Origin: an uncultured Methanosarcinales archaeon
Lineage (GTDB): Archaea > Nanobdellota > Nanobdellia > Woesearchaeales > DSVV01
Assembly (NCBI GenBank): GCA_964491305.1
Contig: CAZBGG010000001.1
Coordinates: 1 to 36,016, forward strand
Direction of reading: 5' to 3'
DNA: 36,016 nucleotides
Shown here: positions 17,659 through 23,649 of the stretch, piece by piece
Layout: each line of letters begins with the position of its first letter
Numbering within the stretch: the first letter of the stretch is position 1
Translations under genes and position numbers: made by a program
The notes under the pieces: generated by a model
Database searches by the model: none
Seen by the model: the letters and a program-made list of their open reading frames with translations, nothing else
What the model was told of the DNA's origin: nothing

Positions 17659-19230
17659 TCAACTTTTCTTAGGAATTCTCTCATCGATATATTTGAGCCT
17701 GTTGCAGCCGTCAAGAAAAGCTTCAATTCCGCTGTCTACAATGTTAGTATTTCTTCCCTGTCCTCTGATTTCCCAGCCATTCTTTTTAAGGGTTGAATTA
17801 GCATACCCTTCAGCATAGGAACCCCGGTCGCCGGCAGCAACTTTAAATTCGGTTATTTCGGTTTCAGGAAACACTACCTTTTTTATGGCGTTGATTGCCG
17901 CGTCAACCGGTCCGTTCCCCTCAGCATATTCCTGTCTGAGGGTTTCTCCTTCCATGAAATTCACAACTACACCTATTTTATCTACAACACCAACAATAGA
18001 ATGACAGCTCTTAAGGCTGTAGTGTTTTGGTATTTCCTCCCCTTTGTAATATGCCCTTATAAAATCCGCATCGTCAGGCTTTTTCATGGCATTCCCTGTT
18101 ATTTCGAAGAAAGTGTTTGCAACTTCATCGAAATTGACTTGTTCATTGTCTTTATTATCCACATCAAACCCGAGAGATTTATATTTATGCATGATTGCTT
18201 TTCTTCCTGATTGACCATTATATCCCAGGACTGATTCCATCCCATAGTCCAAGGGTTTTGCAATCTCATATGTGTCCCTGTTTTTAAGCATCCCGTCCTG
18301 ATGGATTCCTGCACTATGGTAAAACGCATTTTCCCCAACAACAGCTTTGTTTGGCTGGACCATCATATCAGTTATTTCGCTTACCTGTCTGCTCGTAGGT
18401 CCTATTTTTGCAGAATCAATACAGACATAAAGTTTGTTTCCTGAGGTGTCGTGTATATCTCCCCTGTGCATATTAAATACAAGTTCTTCCAAAGCAGCAT
18501 TCCCAGCTCTCTCACCTATACCATTTATTGTTACTTCCGCTTGTCTTGCACCTGCCTCCAGTCCCGCAATTGTCGTTGCAGTTGCAAGCCCCCTATCATT
18601 GTGAGTGTGTACAGAAAAAATTGCATCTCTGTTCATTGACCTCACATTATCAATTACATATTTCACCTTTTCGTGAAATCTCTGGGGCTTAAGGTAGCCA
18701 ACGGTATCAGGCAGGTTTATTGTTGTTGCACCTGCATTAATTACCTTGTCAATAATGTTTACTGCATAGTCATCATCAGTCCTTCCAAAATCTTCGAGAG
18801 AAAACTGCACATCGTCAGCTAATGTCTTCGCGTATTCCACTCCTTTGACTGCCCTTCCCATTATTTCCTTCCTGGTGGAATTAAATTTGTATTTTATATG
18901 AAGGTCACTTGTCGCAATAAATGTATGGATTCTCTTATTATATGCAGGCTCTATGGCGTCTGCAACCTTTTTTATATCCCCTTCAGCAATCCTTGAAAGC
19001 CCACATATTACAGGTCCTTCTTTAGTGCCGATTTTTTTGGCTATATCGTGCACCGAATCATAGATTTCTCTTGATGATGCGGGAAACCCAGCCTCAATCA
19101 CATCAACCCCTAAATCCCTCAGAGCATAAGCAATCTTCATCCTATCCTCAGCAAGCACATCTTCGGTTGCCTGTAAACCGTCTCTTAAGGTTGTATCAAA
19201 AACAATTACTTTATTTTCATCTTTTGCCAT
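17659..19230 (-). CDS. leuA: 2-isopropylmalate synthase (LeuA family, with C-terminal LeuA-dimer/regulatory domain)
   Basis: VIVFDTTLRDGLQ, the HTHNDRGLATA motif, and the C-terminal GNGPVDAAINAI...G.G.NTNIVDSGIEAFLDG. I start it at the ATG at 19230 (MAKDENK), which is preceded by GGAGGGAGAUAAAA. The track's upstream extension to 19353 is hydrophobic junk that overlies the 5' UTR. Confidence 0.85.
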   Translation of the reverse strand: MAKDENKVIVFDTTLRDGLQATEDVLAEDRMKIAYALRDLGVDVIEAGFPASSREIYDSVHDIAKKIGTKEGPVICGLSRIAEGDIKKVADAIEPAYNKRIHTFIATSDLHIKYKFNSTRKEIMGRAVKGVEYAKTLADDVQFSLEDFGRTDDDYAVNIIDKVINAGATTINLPDTVGYLKPQRFHEKVKYVIDNVRSMNRDAIFSVHTHNDRGLATATTIAGLEAGARQAEVTINGIGERAGNAALEELVFNMHRGDIHDTSGNKLYVCIDSAKIGPTSRQVSEITDMMVQPNKAVVGENAFYHSAGIHQDGMLKNRDTYEIAKPLDYGMESVLGYNGQSGRKAIMHKYKSLGFDVDNKDNEQVNFDEVANTFFEITGNAMKKPDDADFIRAYYKGEEIPKHYSLKSCHSIVGVVDKIGVVVNFMEGETLRQEYAEGNGPVDAAINAIKKVVFPETEITEFKVAAGDRGSYAEGYANSTLKKNGWEIRGQGRNTNIVDSGIEAFLDGCNRLKYIDERIPKKS

Positions 19231-19382
19231 TTTTATCTCCCTCCACATCAATATTTTTCTAAACATATCCTTGCTAAATTTTTTCAAAACAACCGCCGAA
19301 ACCCACAGCATAACTATACTGAATTTCTTGGAAGGGAAATAACCCTGTACCAATATTCCTTCTTCTACCTTGCTTTTATCTT

Positions 19383-19469
19383 CTCATTGTTTTTTCTTCC
19401 ATTTAAATTTCAAAAGGAAATCAGAATAAGGTCCATAAGTGTGTGACCTGTTCAAGAAAAAACAATGAG
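19383..19469 (-). promoter_or_regulatory. Perfect 16-bp long-range RNA helix in the leuA 5' UTR; the 5' arm contains a U6 tract
   Basis: On the minus-strand RNA, the arm CUCAUUGUUUUUUCUU (19469..19454) starts 6 nt after the leader stop. It is exactly complementary to AAGAAAAAACAAUGAG (19398..19383), which lies 55 nt downstream. A small hairpin GCUGC-UUUGA-GCAGC (19485..19471) holds the leader stop codon in its loop. Confidence 0.5.
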
Positions 19470-19475
19470 GGCTGC

Positions 19476-19538
19476 TCAAAGCAGCAACAGCAGTAGCAGT
19501 AGAAGGAATTGTTTCTTAATTATAACTGCCTGTTTCAT
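19476..19538 (-). CDS. Candidate leucine leader peptide, MKQAVIIKKQFLLLLLLLLL (20 codons, nine consecutive Leu)
   Basis: Hand-read sequence: atg aaa cag gca gtt ata att aag aaa caa ttc ctt cta ctg cta ctg ctg ttg ctg ctt tga. It is on the same strand as leuA and 245 nt upstream of it. A TATA box is placed so that transcription would begin at or next to this ATG. Confidence 0.5.
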   Translation of the reverse strand: MKQAVIIKKQFLLLLLLLLL

Positions 19539-19561
19539 AGTGGGAGGGGGCAAACACATCA

Positions 19562-19569
19562 TATAAAAA
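19562..19569 (-). promoter_or_regulatory. TATA box (TTTTTATA) for the leader-leuA transcript
   Basis: The minus strand reads ...aaaatatTTTTTATAtgatgtgtttgccccctcccactATG. There are 23 nt between the TATA 3' edge and the leader ATG, which is standard archaeal TATA-to-TSS spacing and implies a leaderless mRNA. Confidence 0.45.
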
Positions 19570-19598
19570 TATTTTGTTTTATTTTTAAAATCACCACA

Positions 19599-20189
19599 CT
19601 AGAATTTCTCCATGTCGTTAAACGCCATCACCTGAAAAAATACATTTTCATCAAAAAACTTTTTCTGTAAACTTTCTATCCTAAAGTTGGCTTGAATAGT
19701 ACTCTTTAGAGTCCTTTCAGATACAAACCTAATATAATGCTTCCCAAAATGGCTCCATTGCCTTATAGGACATCTACTTTTGCAAACTTCAGAATCAGAT
19801 GACAAAACAAAAGAATAGAACTTACCTCCAAATTTAAGAATCCTTGAATTGTAAGTATAAAAAAGACTAAGCTTGCTTTTGTACAGGTGAGCACTAAAGC
19901 CCACATCAAAAATAACATCAAACTTTCCTACCTGATTTTTGGCAAAATCAAAAAAATTAGAAGGATCAAACTTCCCTTTATAAAAAAACTTTCCAATCTT
20001 TTTTATGCCTTGCCTCTTTTTCGCATAACTCTCGACTCCTCTTGAACTGAATCCCAAAATTAAGATTTCCTTGTTTTTCGCCTTCTTCAATTCCTGCTTA
20101 ATTATCGAATCAACGTATGACTTAAACTCACTTTCAAAAAAATCCATAGGAAGTTGGTAAGTCATAAGATTATAAATAGTTATTGCCAT
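19599..20189 (-). CDS. Hypothetical protein, weakly class-I methyltransferase-like
   Basis: EILILGFSSRG (degenerate motif I), FDVIFDVGFSAHL (motif II/III-like) and LKFGGKFYSFV (motif IV-like). These are weak pattern matches only. Confidence 0.4.
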   Translation of the reverse strand: MAITIYNLMTYQLPMDFFESEFKSYVDSIIKQELKKAKNKEILILGFSSRGVESYAKKRQGIKKIGKFFYKGKFDPSNFFDFAKNQVGKFDVIFDVGFSAHLYKSKLSLFYTYNSRILKFGGKFYSFVLSSDSEVCKSRCPIRQWSHFGKHYIRFVSERTLKSTIQANFRIESLQKKFFDENVFFQVMAFNDMEKF

Positions 20190-20220
20190 TTGTTTAAGAA
20201 GACAGTATAGTTAAAGGTTA

Positions 20221-20497
20221 AACCAGCACAAAACACTAAAAGTTAATGTCAATCGGAAATCTGCACTATCGGTCAATAGACTGATAGTATAGATTTCCTC
20301 GGAAGGTTAATAGTAACATCTATTAACCCAGTGAAGCTGAACAAAGAGTCTGTTGCTTCACGCTGGTTCAAGGCTTCCTTGAACCCAGCAGCTTAACAAA
20401 CAGACTGTCGCTTGGCGCTGGTTTGCGCTGCCTGATTATTCCACTTTGTTATGACAATAAAATTAAACCACTGGTGAACACACCAGTGGAATAATCA
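20221..20497 (+). ncRNA. Candidate structured non-coding RNA of unknown family (about 280 nt, GC-enriched, hairpin-dense); strand tentative
   Basis: This is a local GC island in an AT-rich intergenic region. Helices read by eye:
- 20255-20262 pairs with 20291-20298, and the helix continues as 20267-20273 with 20281-20287.
- 20305-20312 pairs with 20321-20328.
- 20331-20337 pairs with 20355-20361.
- 20365-20373 pairs with 20377-20385.
- 20221-20227 pairs with 20417-20423.
- 20469-20477 pairs with 20482-20490.
Several G-U pairs exist only on the plus-strand reading, for example 20272-20282 and 20413/14-20429/30. Confidence 0.3.
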
Positions 20498-20567
20498 AAT
20501 TTAAATATTACAAAATTTTAGCGTGAATAAGTTGTTTTAAAAGAACATATTATCAGGGGTGGAATAG

Positions 20568-20999
20568 ATGACAGGAAAAAATTTAGATGATTTTTTGGTT
20601 ACAGAAAATTTTGTTGTTCAAAATATTTTGGATGAAGAACCAGAGGATTTGGCCGTTAAATCTGGCATTCACAGTACTTCTCGTACGCCTTTTTATGAAG
20701 TTCATTCTAAGAGGACGTTAGTGGTAAAACCTGATAATGAGTCTGTTCCGACAAGAATCCTCAGATTTGTTGGGCCTACGGCCGTGAGAGAAGGAGATTA
20801 CATCTCTGCCAAGATACTAAAAGATCAAAATTATGGAATAAAAAACACATCTGGACAGGAAAATTCATATGAAGGAACCCATTTAAAAGATGTGGAAACA
20901 GCAATCGAGTTAACCTACCTAACAAATGATGGGAGACCTTTCTATGGTGACAAAGCCACTAATTATAGTCAATCAATCCCTCTTACAAAAAGAGTTTGA
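20568..20999 (+). CDS. Hypothetical protein (143 aa)
   Basis: ORF with normal composition and a GGGGTGG SD-like sequence upstream. No recognisable motif. Confidence 0.45.
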   Translation: MTGKNLDDFLVTENFVVQNILDEEPEDLAVKSGIHSTSRTPFYEVHSKRTLVVKPDNESVPTRILRFVGPTAVREGDYISAKILKDQNYGIKNTSGQENSYEGTHLKDVETAIELTYLTNDGRPFYGDKATNYSQSIPLTKRV

Positions 21000-21079
21000 T
21001 ATTGAACAGAAGAGATTAAGTAATAAGGCGTGAACATATGGATAATAATCCCCCTAATAAGAACTGATTACAAAGATTT

Positions 21080-21610
21080 TTAGCATAAGCAATATTTTTG
21101 ACATTCGTTTATCTCCCAGCCTTCCAGTGTACCACAACTTGAGTTGATCAATTGAGCATTCTTGCATTCCTGATAGGAGATGTTACAATCATAGCACGAG
21201 GATATCTCTATGATCTCGTCCACATTTCTCACAACTATCTCATTATGAGTTCTGCTATCATTAAAGCAAAAATTCCCCATTATATCATCCCCAACGGCAT
21301 AGCCGCTATCATGGAATCCAAAATCAACGACCAAAATAGAATCCCCTTCAATACTCAATGAATAGTTCCGACCACCTACATAAAGAGGTAAGGAGAAGGC
21401 AGTTTCAAAACCACTCCCTGCAATCTCAGCCAATTCCACGTGTTTCATAATGACTTCCCTTACATTTCTCGAAGTTTTTTCGTTGTTCTCTTTCTGAACA
21501 CTCACTATCTGTCCACCTATCACATAAGTCATAAACACTGTAACCATCATAATGAAAGCTATTAAGAGTATGTATTCTATGGCAACCTGAGATTTTTTTC
21601 CAACTACCAT
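21080..21610 (-). CDS. Archaeal type-IV-pilin-like protein (class III signal peptide) with Cys-rich C-terminus
   Basis: MVVGKKSQVAIEYILLIAFIMMVTVF matches the K-x-Q-x-(S/A)-x-E-(Y/F)-LLL class III signal pattern. There are nine Cys in the last ~65 residues. It overlaps the upstream pilin gene by 7 nt. Confidence 0.6.
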   Translation of the reverse strand: MVVGKKSQVAIEYILLIAFIMMVTVFMTYVIGGQIVSVQKENNEKTSRNVREVIMKHVELAEIAGSGFETAFSLPLYVGGRNYSLSIEGDSILVVDFGFHDSGYAVGDDIMGNFCFNDSRTHNEIVVRNVDEIIEISSCYDCNISYQECKNAQLINSSCGTLEGWEINECQKYCLC

Positions 21611-22038
21611 CTTTCAATCATTACCTTGTCCTCGCATTCTGAAACCTTTAGTAAAAATCTTTTATCACCTTTGGTAAAATCACTTTCACTGAAATTTGCG
21701 CTAATATTTGCATTGGAATAAAAACCCATATAAGTTGTTCTTTCTGTAAGGGCAACATTAAAATAAAGTGTTTTTCCACCTGCGATTGTAAGGTTATTCA
21801 AATTTTCAGGAAATGAAAAATCAAGCACTCTCCTTGCAGGATAGCCGTACACAGAGAGCATCTCTGCATTGTCAGTTATTTTCTTCCCAATTGTGTCAAT
21901 CTGGTTAATAACAATTTCATCTGTTGAACTTCTTGCAAAATTTAAGAGTAGTGTGAGTGAAGCCATGAGTACAAGGGAAACTAACCCTACTAAAAGCAAG
22001 AATTCCACGCTGGTCTGGCCTCTTTTAATATTTATCAT
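21604..22038 (-). CDS. Archaeal type-IV-pilin-like protein (class III signal peptide)
   Basis: Starting at the ATG at 22038 gives MINIKRGQTSVEFLLLVGLVSLVLMA, the canonical KRGQ-x-S-x-EFLLL prepilin motif. The track's longer N-terminus (to 22107) is unlikely. Confidence 0.65.
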   Translation of the reverse strand: MINIKRGQTSVEFLLLVGLVSLVLMASLTLLLNFARSSTDEIVINQIDTIGKKITDNAEMLSVYGYPARRVLDFSFPENLNNLTIAGGKTLYFNVALTERTTYMGFYSNANISANFSESDFTKGDKRFLLKVSECEDKVMIERW

Positions 22039-22116
22039 CTTAAAACCATTTGACACCACAAAAGATCTCCCATTAAATTGAGATAAAACAAATCTGAAAA
22101 AACACATTTATATAAT

Positions 22117-22935
22117 TTATGTTTTAAAATAGGACAATGTTCTTTGCCTTAGATTTACCGAATAAGAAACAGGATTAAGAGCCATCCCATCACTTGCGGC
22201 AATGGTTTGTATACCCGTTTTTTTTTGTATATTCCTGGCTTCATTCAACACATCAATCTGGTGCATCTTTATACCAAACCCAGTAATCACTGCAAGTTTT
22301 GGTTTTATTATCGGTAAAAGTTTTATTATATCATTGGGTGCCAAAGTGCCAAATTTTTTTGAATCGGTCGTATAGGTGCATTTAAAGATCATAATATCCA
22401 CGCCCTTGAAATCATCTCCTAAAGTTTTGGTGTAATCTGTGTCAGAAGCGTAACCCATCGAGAATCTAGGGGTAATTATTTTAAAGCCTATGGCGTTTTC
22501 ATCTTCGTTGTTGGTTCTTGTAGCACTGATTTCAAGCTCATTTAAACCAACCCGTTTCCCCGCTTCGAGAACAATATCCTTTTCTAAAAAATTCTTATAG
22601 TACCTATTAATCATGGAATCCATATTTGAGTTACCCTCATAGGCACTTCTGCTGCTTATCAAAACACCTTTTCTATCAAGCCCGCCAAGACTCATCGCTG
22701 AGATTACTGAATTGACTTCTGCAGAGTTGTTGAGATAATTGTTGCTGACCAAAACCGCCAGATTGTTTCTTAAATTTACGCCATAGTCATAAGCTCTGGC
22801 TACAGCTCCCGGACCTGGATCCAAATGGAACTGATTATCAAGAACCTGGACCACTATACCTCCAGAAGAACGAAGTTGCTTACCCACGACTATATCGTCA
22901 CCGCCGGTTCCAAAGAAAACAATTTTCGGTTGCAT
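22117..22935 (-). CDS. Metallo-beta-lactamase-fold-like protein with degenerate metal-binding motif
   Basis: KIVFFGTGG...FHLDPGPGA follows the MBL strand/loop pattern. However, the position of HxHxDH reads VLVSNNYLNNSAE, so the His/Asp ligands are replaced. The SD sequence AGGAGGGA lies upstream. Confidence 0.55.
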   Translation of the reverse strand: MQPKIVFFGTGGDDIVVGKQLRSSGGIVVQVLDNQFHLDPGPGAVARAYDYGVNLRNNLAVLVSNNYLNNSAEVNSVISAMSLGGLDRKGVLISSRSAYEGNSNMDSMINRYYKNFLEKDIVLEAGKRVGLNELEISATRTNNEDENAIGFKIITPRFSMGYASDTDYTKTLGDDFKGVDIMIFKCTYTTDSKKFGTLAPNDIIKLLPIIKPKLAVITGFGIKMHQIDVLNEARNIQKKTGIQTIAASDGMALNPVSYSVNLRQRTLSYFKT

Positions 22936-23053
22936 TATCCCTCCTGTTTAACGAAAAGGCCGCTTAGTTAATAAATCTTTCGGCAATAAATAAATGCATA
23001 GATAGAAAACCGCAGTGCCAGGAGCTACGCCCGCAGCAATCAGATTAAAGAAG

Positions 23054-23183
23054 TGGGGACGCGGGGATTTGAACCCCGGACACCTAGATCTCCAATAATC
23101 ATTGGCAAACTGCCTCATCAGATCTTCAGTCTAGTGCTCTCCTTAGCCGGAGTCAACAACTCCACAGGCTGAGCTACGTCCCC
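23054..23183 (-). tRNA. tRNA-Phe (anticodon GAA) with two introns: the canonical 37/38 intron (34 nt, about 23090..23123) and an insertion of about 18-22 nt in the D-loop (about 23145..23166)
   Basis: The reverse complement reads GGGGACG-TA-GCTC-AGCC[TGTGGAGTTGTTGACTCC]GGCTAAGGA-GAGC-A-CTAGA-CTGAAG[ATCTGATGAGGCAGTTTGCCAATGATTATTGGAG]A-TCTAG-GTGTC-CGGGG-TTCAAAT-CCCCG-CGTCCCC-A. All four stems pair perfectly once the two bracketed segments are removed. No CCA is encoded. Confidence 0.85.
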
Positions 23184-23210
23184 TGTATGTGGTCTAGTAT
23201 TTGTGAGCCC

Positions 23211-23218
23211 TTTAAAAA
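23211..23218 (-). promoter_or_regulatory. TATA box (TTTTTAAA) upstream of tRNA-Phe
   Basis: The minus strand reads ...aatcTTTTTAAAgggctcacaaatactagaccacatacag|GGGGACG. The box centre is about 31 nt from the mature 5' end, consistent with a short leader. Confidence 0.5.
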
Positions 23219-23390
23219 GATTTCGGTGAGCCCACGAGCTCAAACATATAACATAAAACATCTGAAAAATTATTAAAATTTAAATATTCAAAGATTTTCA
23301 CTCGGTTTAATCAATAATACGTGGATGGGTCCTTTTTTAAGCTGAAGAGTCTTCTTTGGCTGTGAAATCAAGCCACCCCCACGTGTTTCA

Positions 23391-23466
23391 GCCCGTTACG
23401 AGAGTACTCAGTGGAGCTTACGACGAAGTCAAGCTAGGAGGCTGGGAGTTAGTTTTACGGGCAACA
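23391..23466 (+). ncRNA. Candidate H/ACA-type guide sRNA hairpin with K-turn and 3' ACA
   Basis: Structure read by eye:
- Lower stem 23391-23396 pairs with 23457-23462 (gcccgt/acgggc).
- A symmetric 10+10 nt internal loop forms the pocket (23397-23406 and 23447-23456).
- Upper stem 23407-23412 pairs with 23441-23446.
- K-turn: tandem G14.A39 and A15.G38 (23414/23439 and 23415/23438), with a 3-nt bulge at 23435-23437.
- Distal 4-bp stem 23416-23419 pairs with 23431-23434, capped by an 11-nt loop.
- ACA at 23464-23466, 1 nt after the lower stem. Confidence 0.35.
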
Positions 23467-23649
23467 AACCTTTTAAACACGTTTAAATAAGTAAATAGAA
23501 CAAGTTTAGCCTTCATTAATCATTTAATCACTTTTTAGCCCTTTTCAATTAGTAAGCCTTTTTCGGGCCCAGGATGAATCGAATTAGGTAAGGAAATACT
23601 TGTTCTATTTGTGAGTTTCAGAAACACAACTTAGATAGGAGGTAAGACA

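Noticed and set aside
19231-19353. N-terminal extension of the leuA ORF (MVQGYFPSKKFSIVMLWVSAVVLKKFSKDMFRKILMWREIK)
   Set aside because: There is no homology-like sequence, the extension is hydrophobic junk, and it has no SD. The conserved LeuA N-terminus begins at the ATG at 19230, which has a strong GGAGGGAG SD. The extension overlies the predicted regulatory 5' UTR.
20221-20497. Identification of the structured island as SRP (7S) RNA or RNase P RNA
   Set aside because: For SRP RNA, no helix-8-like GNAR tetraloop flanked by AGG/AGCA loops exists on either strand; the only GGAA occurrences lack that context. For RNase P RNA, the minus strand has a P3-like hairpin followed by GAGGAAAUC, reminiscent of CR-I. 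However, only about 65 nt remain before the next CDS, and no ACAGAA...GGCUUA (CR-V) partner is present. The family is left open.
22039-22107. Longer N-terminus of the pilin ORF (MCFFRFVLSQFNGRSFVVSNGFK)
   Set aside because: Class III signal peptides are short and basic. The internal Met gives the canonical MINIKRGQTSVEF prepilin start.
23017-23044. GC-rich segment just 3' of tRNA-Phe that resembles a tRNA 5' end on the minus strand (GCGGGCG-TA-GCTC-CTGG...)
   Set aside because: The similarity stops after the first D-stem strand. There is no anticodon arm, T arm or complementary splint sequence nearby, so there is insufficient evidence for a split-tRNA half or an att-site remnant.
23090-23123. 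Box C/D sRNA embedded in the tRNA-Phe anticodon-loop intron (contains CUGAUGAG)
   Set aside because: The intron is only 34 nt long and lacks a terminal CUGA D box and C'/D' boxes, so it is too short for a C/D guide RNA.
23319-23384. First hairpin upstream of the H/ACA-like element as an independent H/ACA stem
   Set aside because: It folds (acgtgg..ccacgt lower stem), but as a three-way junction with a strongly asymmetric loop. It has no K-turn and no ANA box after the stem, so it is only noted as accompanying structure.
22936-23649. Integrated mobile element at the tRNA-Phe locus
   Set aside because: I saw no integrase, transposase or direct repeat of the tRNA 3' end. The flanking genes (MBL-like/pilins and dnaG) look chromosomal.
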